A DNA stretch of 61,497 nucleotides, filler included, from Choristocarpus tenellus KU-1152 (GCA_964200185.2; 12 parts of 12 records of this genome joined end to end with filler, not necessarily neighbours in it); one strand, 5' to 3'; shown: positions 11,991-24,857, numbered from the whole stretch's first letter. A program made the numbers and translations. The notes: generated by a model not told the origin, from the letters alone.

Positions 11991-13630
11991 ACTATTTGCC
12001 ACTCTGACTCTGCGGCTTGGCCTGCAAATTACCTTTCCCTCCTCAATCTGTGACCATTTAGTACAATACTATAATTACATCTCCATCCCATATTGAGACT
12101 GCCATTTAAGTCATGTTGGATTTTGGGGGGTTGTTCTGCTCAGTCAAATCCACACTAAAAAGAGCCTGCAAAACTATTTTGCACAGGCATCATCTGAGTT
12201 CAGGCTTTGAATGCCTCATTTAGAAATAGAGGTGACCCCTAACTTATGCAGCACTCTTTCTTTCTCCATTATTGTTTACGGCATATTGATTGGGTGACGA
12301 TCATCCTCTTGGCTTAACTTAACATACATCACATTTGTAAGTGGTACGAATATTGCTTTCTGACACTCCACAGTTTTCACAGGACTTGGGGATAGGGGAC
12401 TAGACAAGACAATACTTCAAGGTACTAAGCTATTTTTGGCCTTGGATGAACTAGATGTTCCTGAGTATCAAGCACTTATAGCATATCTGCACAGCACTGA
12501 GTATGCTCTCCCCCCTCTCTCGACATGCTCGATTTGGTAGGGAGAGCAACAATTTAAACAGAGAGACCAATACCTTCCAGCCCTACTGATAATAATCTTT
12601 GATCGCAGACTCTGGGCAGGGCACAAGGTGCCTTATTATCTATTCAGGCAGACCCAGCGCCCCGAGAAAATGTTTTTTCCGGGTTACTAGCGGTGAGGAA
12701 ACATCTTGCACTGGCTATCTTCTGTCCTCATTGAAGTTCTGGTCTTATCTGCTGTCTTAGAGGAGAATGGGAGATGGTGTCTCTCCTTGATAATTTCCCT
12801 TTAAACCGGGTGTGAAAGGTTTTCGCATTGGGCATCAAATAGATCATGAGGTTCATATCAGACCATTGGCTGGAAACAGATGGGAGTGCTGTTTTGGCCC
12901 ATTCCATTGCCTATTTTTGAGGAAGGACTTATTTTATTTATTGGGGTACATTGTACACCTCGTACACAACCGAGAGACTAGCAGTTTCCCTCAATCTCGA
13001 ATAGAATGTACTTTGGAGTGCTGAGTGCTAGATACTGAGTACAAATAGCTTCCTTTTGTTCAAGGATGGGCGTCCATCAAAATGATAGACGACATCAACA
13101 AATAAACTCCCCCACCCTCCATGCAATTCCACCCTCACCAAAAAAGGAACTGGGCCTGTCCAATCCTCGAGAGCAACCTATCATGATGAGAGGATCCCTG
13201 CTTCTGGGTGTAGCTGGGATCCATGAGGCCCTTGTACATGCTGTGAGGTGCCTGATTCATTCCAGACGGGAGACTGCCTTCAGGGTAGGAACTGCAGCTG
13301 CAGTTGCAGCATCTTCAGGCACAATTGTGCACAGAAGATTTAATGAATTTGTCTTTGAGGTAGAGTTGCAGCGCTCTGGAGGGATTCAGCTTGCTCTGTC
13401 ACGACTACGACGCCTCCTAGAATCCATCCTCTTTTGGATGCCACTACACGAGCGGGAGAGAGAAGAGGATGCCAATGGTGGTGAGGGTAATGGGAAGAGG
13501 AGGCGAGGAAAATTGGCGGGAAACCTTCCTCGGGAACTGGCTGGGCATGAGAAGTCGGCTTTATCACAGTTTCAGGTGACTTGTCTTTTTGGGGGGAAAG
13601 GGTAGGTGTTCTTGTAAACGCAAGAAGATA

Positions 13631-13669
13631 GGCTCAAAGTATCTGGGGGGGTTGGCGGCTGTCCATTTG
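13631..13669 (-). mobile_element. MITE family B end, cut by contig end
   Basis: GGCTCAAAGTATCTGGGGGGGTTGGCGGCTGTCCATTTG is the reverse complement of the family B right end. Confidence 0.8.
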
Positions 13670-13769
13670 NNNNNNNNNNNNNNNNNNNNNNNNNNNNNNN
13701 NNNNNNNNNNNNNTTAATTAATTAANNNNNNNNNNNNNNNNNNNNNNNNNNNNNNNNNNNNNNNNNNNN

Positions 13770-13940
13770 CGAAGGGCATTTGCACTGGTTGGTCATCAAA
13801 TGTGGGGATGGCTGGCAATCAGTGACGAAGGGCATTCGCACTGGTTGGTCATCAAATGGGGAATAGAGGATAGAGAAATAGCAAATTAGGAATGAGCAAA
13901 TAATAATAATAATAATCCAGAATTCGTGAGCAAAACAAAG
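13770..13940 (-). mobile_element. End of the element associated with the mariner-like transposase at 29490-30240
   Basis: The reverse complement matches 29490-29665: TTTTGCTCACGAATTCTGGATTATT plus a ~56-bp subterminal repeat containing GACCAACCAGTGCGA. Confidence 0.8.
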
Positions 13941-14917
13941 TGGATGGACAAAATCTAGGTGTGAAGCATATTATATTATTTTTATTTACATTTAACGAAA
14001 ATATAATCATACAAAAAACATAGGGGGAAGATAGGAAATAAATTTATGTTATCATGGTGCATATATTGGAAAATCAAGAAAAGAGATAACAAGACGAGGG
14101 TAACATAAAAACAAGGTCAAGTGAGTTTAGGGTCTAACCTGTGGTTCCGTACTTTGTTCTGATACATCACTGATGTCATTACAAGAACTCAACCTCCATC
14201 ATCAACGTATAGGTCGCGATCTCTCTAACGCCCATCACCAAAACTTCATCTCATGTGATGATGGATAAGTTGGAACTTGTACCTTGAAGGCGAATTTAAG
14301 GTATATCTTGGATTGGAGGGTTATTTGCTATCACACTCGTTCACTTAGTTTTTTTGTAGGTTTTTGAGACATACGTAGTAAAATGTCATAGAGTGTAACA
14401 TATGAATTACTAGATATATTTTTCATACTTATATCACTGTACTTTCAATTTTCTGAAGTGTCTGGTAAACTTCTTCGAATAAATACCCCGATACTCCGGA
14501 TAATGCCTTTTTAATGTAGGTGGATCACACAGAATTGAAAACTTTGAATTTAGCAAGAGGGGTCTGCAGGATGTGGACTGTGTCGTGAAGTAAGAGGATT
14601 CCCTCCATGTGCTGCGGACCGGCCACGCAAATGTGTAAAGAAGGGGGTCCTTTGATCTCGTGATAGTATTGGCATAGTCTTAGGTTACTCTATTTTTGAT
14701 GGTTGATATATTTTTCGAGTGTAGCGAGGCAACTCTGGACGAAGTGCTGAGTGAGTTGGCTAGAAACTCCTTGTCCATTCTGCACTGACCGTGTCGCGAG
14801 GTCAACTCAACTTAAAACTAAAAGAGTTATTTGATTCGGTCAGGGTAAGAGTCCATTGTTGCACAGCAATATATTGTTGGTGATCGGGAGGAAGGGCCTT
14901 GCTCACCTACGTTGTCA

Positions 14918-16655
14918 ATGATGGGACACTCTGGGCAACGTTCGCTTGACCGGTTGGAGGGAGGAAGTTTTACCCTTCGAAAATCCCACCTGACTAGGGG
15001 AGCAGTTGCCTCCTACACACAAATGGTATCCCTCAACACAGATGAAGTTGTCTCAGAGCAGAATGGTCTCTCAGAGGAAGAGGGCTCGGGATTCGGGGAG
15101 AATTGGGAGATGGACGGGGATGGAGAAGGGGAAGGTGACGAGGGCCAGGAGACAAGGGAGAATGGAGAGGCTGGGGTCGAGGATTCCCAAGGGTTCCGCC
15201 GAGGAGTGCGGGGGGAGATGCGGAAGTCATGTGATGAGTGCACAAACTCCAAGACGAAGTGCATCGGTGGACAACCGTGCAGTCGATGCAAGAAGAAAGG
15301 GACACCTTGCCATTTCAGGTGAGAGCAGCAGGAAACTAGGCTGCGTCGAGGTCCTTGATCTCTACTTTGTTCAACTGTCCGGTTCTTCTTCCTCATTGCC
15401 TATGTGTTCGTGACGAGCACTTATGATTTTGTTGCATTCGTAAGCTGCCTTCAGATACTTCCTCGCTTCCAGTGCCAAGTTAATCAACAACCATACTGGT
15501 CAAGACATTTTGCGGGGTGGGTTGCTCTAGGTGTATATTTCGTCGTATGACCTATTCATGTACAGTGAGAAAACATCTGCCATCTTCTGGTGTTAATCAT
15601 ACATATATATCCAATATGGGGGACTGCCTACTCCAATACATACTTCTTCACTAACATCGGTTTTGTTGGGCTCTGCCCAATGGATGAATAGTAAGCTTAG
15701 GACTCCATTCAATACTTCGAATCAATATGCAAACGATCAGAGGCTCAGTGTGACCACCATTCTTGAGTTCTCAAGTCAATTCCCACCTATATATGGTACT
15801 GCCATTGCCTCAACCCCACAGCAAGCGCCTGAGATGTGGTCCGAAGCGTCGACACCAGCCGAAGCGGCCTCGCGAACCCAGGCTGCAGTTTGAGAGTGAT
15901 GGTGTGGCAAAGAGGACCAAGCCACCGTTCCCCTTTCGTGTATCACATCCCGATGCAGGTTTCCATCAGAGGATTCAGGACTCACAACCAGAGCTGCCAA
16001 CATCTGTGGAACTTCGATCCGTTCCGTTAGTAGCTTCATCGAAGGCTCCTGCTGTGTCACATCCACAGATGCAGTCACTTCACGCGTCATCACGAAACCC
16101 TCTTACCATTCCTGGTAGTGATCCACGTGTACGCCCGAGTCGCCCTGCCATGCCTAGCCAATTACGCAGCGACGGTGTACCACGGACGTCGACGTTTGCC
16201 ATGAGACCCTCGTTGAAGAGTGTTTCAGCGGCTGACACTGAGGGTGTGAGCGGTGATGTAGGATTACTTTCCCTGGAAGGTAAACCCTCAGTCTCCCCGG
16301 TCTCCCACAATGTGGATGTCACTAAGGCATCAGAGGGTAGTGATGATGCTGGGCCATGGGCGGTGTCAATACACAGAGAACCGCTTAATTTGGAAGAACA
16401 AGTGTACCTTACAACATACCGTAAGTCGGTAGATGCTTTTATTCCCGTTATGGACTCCAATGTCTTGATAAAGCTGCTGAAAAAAGACAGCAATTGCAGA
16501 GGACACTGGGATAGTGGTTCTGCAGTCAAGGAGACTAAGAAGGATGGGAGGAATGGAGCTAGGTTAGTTAATATGTCTAATGGGTGTGAGGAGTGGACGT
16601 CTTGGGGAGGTGTAGAGGGCCAGTCTCAAGGGGGAAGAGGAGGAGGAGCCAGTCT
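14918..16655 (+). CDS. Zn(II)2Cys6 (GAL4-type binuclear cluster) transcription factor, 3'-partial; exons 14918-15318 and 15822->16655
   Basis: CDECTNSKTKCIGGQPCSRCKKKGTPC fits C-x2-C-x6-C-x5-C-x2-C-x6-C. The phase-2 intron GTGAGA...CACAG joins to CHFSKRLRCGPKRR, a basic linker typical after the cluster. The start codon is tentative. Confidence 0.9.
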
Positions 16656-16934
16656 NNNNNNNNNNNNNNNNNNNNNNNNNNNNNNNNNNNNNNNNNNNNT
16701 TAATTAATTAANNNNNNNNNNNNNNNNNNNNNNNNNNNNNNNNNNNNNNNNNNNNTTTCTTAGTTCTTCCTCCCCCTCCCTCCCTCCCCCCCACTCTTTA
16801 CCTTACCTCTCCTTCAACCTCAACCTACATAAACGGGGTACTAAAATAAATATTATTTTTTCTTGAAAAAATAAATACTTTCGTTGCATATACTTCAAGT
16901 TACACCTCTTTTTTTATCTTACTGTATTTCGAAG

Positions 16935-17188
16935 GACTTCGAGCTCAAGCCCCCCCCGCCTGCAGAGGCCCCACCTGGTCCTTCCTTACTACGGGATGAT
17001 TCTTCCTGTCGACTGTGGTACCGGGGGTATGGAGAGTTCTGTAAACCAAAGCTGAATGTTCGAGTTCGGCTATCCACTCCGTGGTTGTATGACTCACCAG
17101 AGAGTTCGGTGAGACTGAAACCTATGTGTATCAAGGGGGAATGAGGGGATGTCTTGTGTGGGTGGTGGGGGGGGGGGGGGGGGGGGAA

Positions 17189-17220
<32 letters not shown>

Positions 17221-19238
17221 GTAACGGGTGCAGGAGGGTTGGAAGAGGGCTTTGGGTGATAGATGACCCTAACCCTAGGCTGTTGTGTTTGTGTGTGTGT
17301 GTTATTGGGTTGATGGAGGGGGGGGCTTGATGGGGAGTGACTGGGATCTGAATGTGTGTAGGTGGAGGGTTGGGATTGTGCTTTCTTGTGTTGTGTTTTG
17401 TTTTGTTTTGTTGTTTTTGGCTCAGAGGCTATATTGTTGTTGTTAGTATTATTGTTATTATTATGGTTGTTGTATCCTTATGTGTACCCCACCTAGAGTG
17501 TGGTGTCTAGTTTTGAGAAGGAGTGTCTGTTGATTGTATTAATGGCTTGTGGCATTATTGATGATGCTATTAGTAAGTGAGGTGGGAGTTGAGAGGGGTG
17601 GGGGGAGGAAAGAAAAGAAAAGGAAGAAAAGAAAAAAGGAAGTCTTTCAGAGGAGGGTAACGGTTTTTGTGTTATTGGGTGGAAGTCTTAGCAAAGGTCA
17701 GTTGAGTGAAAAAAATGCACTCGAGTAATATGACCTGCCATGATCTCTATGCTTACAAATATTGTTCACTTGAAAGAGCTCACCAAATTGTGATCCTGTA
17801 CCCTTTAATAGTTGGTACACACTACCTGGATGTATGTATGATATCATTGACAATACTGAATAGGGTGACAGTGTAGTAGCAGGGTAACAGGACTTTTGAC
17901 AGCACTTGTGTGAAGTATCACACATGGTGTCAAGGAGGAATGCTTTAACACAATTTGAGGGGTCAGAGAGCAGAGCATCGCATTCCCTTCCTCATCAACT
18001 GCCCAGCCCTTCTTCCCTCCACCCTCACCTCCCACCCCCTTGTCCTGACCACTGTTGGCTAGGTGATGTCAGATCTGTGGGTGTCTCTCCTCAAGGAGGA
18101 TATGAATGAGGAGTTGTACTTGGCTCGACAGGCGGGACTGGGACTAAATTTGTTCATTACCAAGGCAAGGCGTTTGCATTATAGTGCCTTCTTCTCATCT
18201 CGCCTCCCCTGTCCCATGTAAAGCAGGCACTACAACTCACTTCTCCCCATGTTTGTGTCAACCTCCTCCTCCCCCCTCCTCCCCTTCCTCCCTTAGTGTT
18301 ACTCTGCATGTTATTGGTTAGAAACCCTCCATATATATACACACGCCTTCCAAAAGAAAAAATGTTTTTTCTATCATTTTGTACTTAAAGAAAGCGTTTT
18401 TTATTATTATCCCTCTGTTCTGCGTCGGTTCAAACAGCCAACACCTTGCAGGGCATTTTTGTTCCTTGTTCCATGTTATCATTGGAAAGGCGGTTCTTGT
18501 AGATATTGCAGCAAGCAGGGTAGACCAAGTCACATTTTTATTTTATTTTAGGGTACCCTCATAACATACTTTTGCTGTAGTTCGCAATAAATAAATAAAA
18601 TGAAAATATGGTACCACTCTGGTGTGCGCTTACATAGCTTGCCCCACATGTTGGTTGTTGTTGTTGTTGTTGGTTGTAATTGTGTAACCACCTCTTGCTG
18701 AACACACCAAGCAATATCGGTATTGAGTGTAGCAGCAGTAGCAGCAGTGTAGGTAATTGTGTCATGTGTCATGTGTTTTGCAAATGAGAATGAGATAGCG
18801 TCACATGACAGTACAATTTCGAAATACCCCCCCCCCCCCCCCCCCCCCTCCCCACCACTTCACAAATCCTCACCTCCAAGCATCCCCTAGTCTATANNNN
18901 NNNNNNCCACCTGACAGTACAATTTCCAAATCCCCCCCCCCCCCCCCCCACTCCACTTTCCATCTAATTCAAAACTCTTAGGCTCCTGCGTTTCATAAGT
19001 GTTTAATTTTTATGTGTGTGGTGAGGGTAACATCTTTTTTATTATTTGACTGTGACCACTGTTGCTGCACCCCCTCCGTGTGTGATCATGTGTACGTGTT
19101 TCCACCCCCTGCCTGCAGAGCGCATTGTGCTTGAACCTTGGAGGGTATAGTCACAAGCTGGAGGTTCTGTTGGAACGGACTATGAAGCACATGACTGCCT
19201 TTGTCCTTTCGTTGAAGTCGGGAGAGGATGATGCTGTG
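16935..19238 (+). CDS. Peptidase M16A (insulysin/nardilysin-like) middle region, partial; exons 16935-17108, 18063-18164 and 19119-19238
   Basis: All phase 0: DFELKP...PSLLRDDSSCRLWYRGYGEFCKPKLNVRVRLSTPWLYDSPESS|VMSDLWVSLLKEDMNEELYLARQAGLGLNLFITK|SALCLNLGGYSHKLEVLLERTMKHMTAF. This is collinear with the IDE middle domain (P.LI.D...LW...F..PK; LL.D.LNE..Y.A..AGL; G Y..K). The second donor is GC. Confidence 0.9.
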
Positions 19239-19685
19239 GTGTGTCACCTTCTTTCATTTCACCTCCAATACAATCGATGTCATTTCACCTAACCCTAACC
19301 CTGGACTCGATGGCACACCTCTGTGGAGTTTTTCCCTTCACACCTCATAGTGTTGGTGGATTACATCATGAACACAGCCAGGCATGTAGAATTCTCTCCG
19401 TTCCCTAACCCTTGGATAAACTGCACCATCGTATTGGGTATATTCTTAAATTTTCAATATATTGTTCGTTGAAGTCATCTTCCCCCCCCCCCCCCCCCCC
19501 CCCCCCCCCAAAAAACCCCCCCACACATTNNNNNNNNNNNNNNNNNNNNNNNNNNNNNNNNNNNNNNNNNNNNTTAATTAATTAANNNNNNNNNNNNNNN
19601 NNNNNNNNNNNNNNNNNNNNNNNNNNNNNCCAACACGTACAACAAAAAAACAAAAAAAAAAAAAAAAAAAAAAAAAGGGAAAAAA

Positions 19686-19728
19686 GCGGCCGCCAACCCC
19701 CCCCCCCCCCCCCCAGATACTTTGACCC
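19686..19728 (+). mobile_element. MITE family B right end
   Basis: GCCGCCAA-(C)n-AGATACTTTGACCC. Confidence 0.75.
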
Positions 19729-20172
19729 AGAACATAATGCGTCTTAGCTCAGATTCTTGGAAATCTTTCTCTAGATGCTCGCCCACTTTTGCGGGGCTAG
19801 CTATAGGTTAGAGGCATATTAACAATGGAAAGATTGAGTTGCAGTACCAATGTTTTGAAGGAACGTGTTGTCTTGTTAATTTTCAAATAGTAAGTTCTTT
19901 TTAGGGAAGGGTCTTGCATTAAAGGGCAACTGGTTTTTGAAGGGTGTTTGTGATATGGGTTTAATTTTTCCCTCACACATCTGCGAAATGCCAAGGGGCA
20001 TAATAATTCATAATATATTTATAGAAGAGTAGTACCAGGTAGTATTGTTACATTTCATGTTACAACAAATCGTATGTCGATAAAAGGGTAACGCTATGCT
20101 TTGTCCACAACACTGAACCAGAAAATACATACACACTGTGTCGTGTCTGTAACGCTTCAGAAAACAATACTT

Positions 20173-20390
20173 AGTTTTAACCTCAACACATTCAAGGTGG
20201 AAAGTTTTGGGCGCCTCGGGAAGCAAGCAGATAGTTTTCTGAATGATTTGGCTATGCACACAGTAGGGGGGAGAGGGGCGGGAGGCTACACCTGGAAGGG
20301 AGAAATTAAATCCCGTTTACGATAGATAGTGTCTGTCACAACTCAAGTGGCTCTATCAAGATGTGTCATGCGTTCTGAGCGGGACAAACC
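20173..20390 (+). mobile_element. 3' fragment of a CRE/R2-like non-LTR retrotransposon (restriction-like endonuclease C-terminus)
   Basis: SFNLNTFKVESFGRLGKQADSFLNDLAMHTVGGR...KGEIKSRLR*IVSVTTQVALSR fits the ..vESfGrlG..a..Fl..lA motif of RLE-bearing LINEs; one in-frame stop. Confidence 0.7.
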
Positions 20391-20627
20391 AGAGAGATGG
20401 GCAAGGAGGGGCCTGTCAGATTCTCAGGATGCTTCCCTAGGTCTTCGTCCTATGGTGTAGGGCAAAGCTAGGTTGGAGGCATAGGAGAGGAGTGATGTAG
20501 CATAGGTGGTAGTCAAATAGTAAATAGGAAAATATATTTCATATTTATTACAACTGTAACTTTTACTGGTCATCTTATGATAATGAATTGACTTTTCTCC
20601 TGACACATCTGCAAAATGTCAGAGAGC

Positions 20628-20831
20628 ATGATAATAATATAATATATACTTAGTAATATCTTTATATTATACCATACCGCAGGGACGGGCCATCTTTTTA
20701 GGGTCTCTCAACACTGATGAGGATAATATAATGATAATAATATAATATATACTTAGTCATATCTTTATATTATACCATACCGCAGGGACGGGCAACCTTT
20801 TTAGGGTCCCCCAACACAGATGAGGATAATA
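20628..20831. repeat. Tandem duplication, ~103-bp unit x2
   Basis: ATGATAATAATATAATATATACTTAGT...ACCGCAGGGACGGG...GATGAGGATAATA begins at 20628 and again at 20731. Confidence 0.92.
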
Positions 20832-21399
20832 CATGCAATCATATACATTTGCGTGCTCCGCCTTTTGCCATTGAGGCCAGCCCAAGTGATGTGGTGAGGT
20901 TCAGACGTATGACCAACTCATGGCAACCCTGTCATGAATGGTGGATTCAAACCAGCAAAGCCCCAGGTTGTGTTTCTGTTTTGACTAATCACAACCAATC
21001 ACAGTGGAGATTGATCCACGCAGCACTCTGAGGCTGTCAACATACGCCCAGCTTTCCTTGGGCTTATTCTCCATTCCGTTCCGAGGTTTTCTGGAGGTTT
21101 TCATCATCCCCAAATACGCAGTACAGGCCTCGTAACAGTGGTAATTGTGCTGAGGCTCGAACTCGGGACTTCGGCGTTGGCACAGTTCCGTAACTCGCAC
21201 ATAAAGTTATTACCATATCCATCACATCAGATGATGATAAAATAATGGGTTAGGATGTTGTTATTAACTGTATGTTATCCAACATATCAGAAGTCTCCTC
21301 CTTATCTTGTTATGTATCAGAACCTCACCAACCTTCATCTACATCCCTACTAGTATTAGGAAGAAAGTCCCTAATATCGTAATCCTAAACACCTCCAGC

Positions 21400-23211
21400 A
21401 TGTCTGAGCTTACGACAACTACCTTCGCCTCCAATGGCCAGGTCTGGTTGGCTTGTTTTAAAGATGTACTTCGTAGGACATCCTTATATCTGAATAAAGT
21501 AGTCCCACCACTATGGAGTACTTCGAAGTTAGACAGTAGCAGGATCTTGCTTATGCCTCCAAGAAGTAGGTGTGGTTGGTGTAGATACTGCACTCGAATT
21601 TGATTTCAAACTGGACAATCTCTACTCCGTTAAGGGTGCACGACACTGTTGTCGATGTTGGTGTACAGGTTCTTGTCCACGAAACACCAGAGCTCCTCGC
21701 AGATGCTCTTGTTGCCTTTCGGACGGACCTGGCGGAAACACCTGCTTGGACAGGAGCACCCAACCCTACGGACGAATTTCTAACGATGTTTCTGAGAGCA
21801 GAAGTCTTTATTCCTTCGATGGCCGCCAAACGCTATCGGCGATTTTGGGAGGTGCGTGGACATAATGCTATCCTATATTTCCTCCCATTGTGGTTGATGT
21901 GTGCGTTTTGGGTCGTACGTGTTGATGTTATACTTACCCCTTGACTCATTTCACCGCTCACAGATGAAGGTTGAGCTCTGGGGGGAAGAAACAGCAGCCT
22001 TGCCATTGAAAGTGGAAAATGAAAGGGGAGCCCTTGACTCCAAATTTTTCCAGATCGTACCAGGAGCTCGTGACCGTGAAGAACGACAGGTGACTTCGGG
22101 CGAGACTCTTCTCAGGTGGAAGTGTGTGAGGAAATCGCACAGATTGGTTATTCACAGCATTGATCGATCACTTGGAGGTACAATGCTTGTTTCACACATG
22201 CCCAACCTCCAATAGGAGCACAGGCACACTGCTGTGCTCCATCGACCACCCTTTCTTGCTTTAACCGTGGTGCAGGTCGTATTTGTCGATGTGGGAGCTC
22301 GAGACCAAAGATACGACGTCAAGGAAAACGTGCGGGCCGTATGGTATGTAATGTTGGCTGCCCTTGAGGACGTGGAGACCCAGCGACGTGGTGTGTGCAT
22401 CATTTCCTCCATGAAAACTGTAAAACCTGCCCAGGTAGAGATATTCCTTTATATTCCGTTTGAACTCGTCTCATCCGGCAGCTATCTAATTCTTAAAGGA
22501 ATTTGTGCAACTGCAGTGCTGTCACACGGCAGCATCATTTTTCTTCTGCTCCGGTTTTGTCGTATTGAGAACACTCACCGACGTATTCCACTCCTGGAGG
22601 ATTCCGAACAAAACAAGAACAATTTTTGTTCGAAAAGTAATCAATCTTGTTGAATCCGATGCTAATTTGGGTATTGAAACCAGTGCAGGTGAATGTCAAG
22701 TTCATCAAGACAGTCCTCCGCAGCATACAGGGTGCTATCCCATTACGATTTGGCTCCATGAACTTGTGCTACCCTCCCGTTTTCTTCCGGGTGGTATGGT
22801 CGCTTGTGAACAAATTCATGGCCAAGTGAGTCTTGCTCATTTGCCCGTGCACTAAGGCACTGCAATCCTCTCAGCTTGATCTCATGATATGCTCGTTTTG
22901 TCGAGCAGTTTTGAAAGCCCACAAGCTAAACCCCTATTCTTCATACTTTGTAGTATGTTCTGTTGGAGCACTCAATGGACAATAGTGAGAGGCGGGGACT
23001 ACAACTGAATGCCTTGCCTGCCTCCCCTTCTTTTTTTACTTACAGGAGACTGAAGAAAAGAGTAAGGGTAATTCCTGGACCAGATTCTTCCATCCTTCCC
23101 GGTTTAGATCCTGTTGTGACTCCTGCAAACGTTCCTTCTGTTCCTATGCTTGGAGAGGTGGAGCTCGACTTTGCAGCATGGTTGGATCATAGGTTCCAGG
23201 CAGGAAAGTAA
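21400..23211 (+). CDS. CRAL-TRIO/SEC14-domain lipid-binding protein, ~270 aa; exons 21400-21441, 21669-21851, 21964-22089, 22276-22434, 22689-22825 and 23046-23211
   Basis: All introns are GT-AG and phase-consistent (813 nt, ATG to TAA). Motifs: DEFLTMFLRAEVF (CRAL-TRIO N), ETQRRGVCII, IQGAIPLRFGSMNLCYPPVFFRVVWSLVNKFMAKRLKKRV. The first exon is less certain. Confidence 0.92.
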
Positions 23212-23523
23212 AACTACAAGGTTGGATTCTTGTGCTTGCTCTGAGGTTGTAAAGATTTGGTGGGGATATATGTAACCGGGGAGGAACAACCTGGAATTTT
23301 ACACCATGCACTTCAGGGATACATATGCTTGAAGAACAAGCCGTACTCTCCCTGTGCGATTTTGTCCGCCTTGTTCTTAGCACTATTGACTATTGAGTGT
23401 TTTGTTGCAATACAGAAGTTGAACCCGTGGGGGGTTTGTTGCTGTTGATGGCGTGGTCCAAGCCAGTTGCTGCCCTAACCCTATTTTTAGTAGTCGTGTG
23501 TATGTAGCAAGTTCAGTGGAGTT

Positions 23524-23679
23524 GATCCGAAGTATCTAGGGGGGGGGGTGGGGGTCTACACCAGAGTGTCCATTTGAACCAAAACCAGGAAAAGTTCACT
23601 TTCATTATCCATCCAAGGTATGGAACCAAATGACACAAAAATCGCGACACGAAAAAATTGGCCCCAAATGGACAGCCGC

Positions 23680-23710
<31 letters not shown>

Positions 23711-23722
23711 ATACTTTGACCT
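23524..23722 (+). mobile_element. MITE family B full-length copy with 3-bp TSD GTT
   Basis: GTT|GATCCGAAGTATCT-(G)n...CCCCAAATGGACAGCCGCCA-(CA)n-GAGATACTTTGACCT|GTT. Confidence 0.9.
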
Positions 23723-24445
23723 GTTCATACCGAGATCAAATCAAGTGGGTTCAGTCTGAATTACAGCCTAGGGTCCAGGCTGTGACACAGGCAGAGAGAG
23801 TCTTGGAAATTACCTACATTTCCTGCCATATAAATCACACTTGATTCTTAGCTATGGTGTATTGGTTACTCTACTTGAAGTGATACCTCTCTCTTGCTGG
23901 CTTTGTGCTGTTGGGAAGTAGAAGTACCCTCTTTTTCCAGCTAGCGTACCTGCATGGGAAGCAAGCATCAAACACGACCTGCCACCTCTACCCGCCTGTA
24001 CCAAAGTGAGAGGAAGAAGTTGAAAAGGTCATTATGAGAGGGATTTTATTGTTACATTGGGATTTTTGATATTGTTATACAGGGGTTTTATTGCCGAGGC
24101 ATCGTTTATGGGGGTCTCAAGGGTGCCTCATGGTAGCTCATTCCATACTCCCAATAGATGGTTCACTTATGTATGTTTGTATTGAGCTGCAGGGAACCAT
24201 GCAAGAATTTTTGACGAGATCTGGAGGGCGTTGGTAGAAGATAGAGAGGACACATTGATGCTGTACGCAGTTGGATTGAATCCATTGAGAGGAAAGGACA
24301 TGGTCAGTGTCAGTAGCAGTGTGATACTGCACTCCCTCTCACATGGGTCATTGTTACTGAATTGGACTTGCCACAGCGACGCTCTCTGTGCCTTGCATGG
24401 CTAGTTGGTTGCTCTTGTTTGTGTTGTGTGCAGTCAAAAAGCAAG

Positions 24446-24481
<36 letters not shown>

Positions 24482-24857
24482 CCTTTTTTTTTTACAAGAA
24501 ATACACACGTGGCATGGGAAGTTCTTGAACCTCGGGTAGAGGAACGTTCACACCGTCAGGATGTGACTCATTGCCAGATTGCTTGGTTCGTAACAACGGA
24601 GGCGGTTTTAACTTGGTGATTTTTTGTTGAGCCGATGCTTCGGTTGGGTTGATTATATCTATCTCTCTTATCTTTTCGCTTTCGTTCTGAGAGGCAGTGC
24701 CATTGTCAGCGCTTCAACGTGTTTGCTTCCATTTCGAGATACAGTGTCTGTCTACCGATGTATCAGTCACATATGCACAGATAGCATCTATGCCGTAGAC
24801 ATTCTGTTACCTGGGGTGGTACTTCAGTTGCCAATGACACGCAGGGGCTGTTGAAAT

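Noticed and set aside
13066-13605. 179-aa plus-strand ORF
   Set aside because: No recognisable domain or splice context; probably the antisense shadow of a decayed element.
17163-17219. Long G/C homopolymers as G-quadruplex regulatory elements
   Set aside because: Pure runs occur throughout, often near contig ends; their lengths are unreliable and no specific function can be supported.
18807-18960. Duplicated TGACAGTACAATTT...(C)n block
   Set aside because: It flanks a 10-N scaffold gap and may be an assembly overlap rather than a real duplication.
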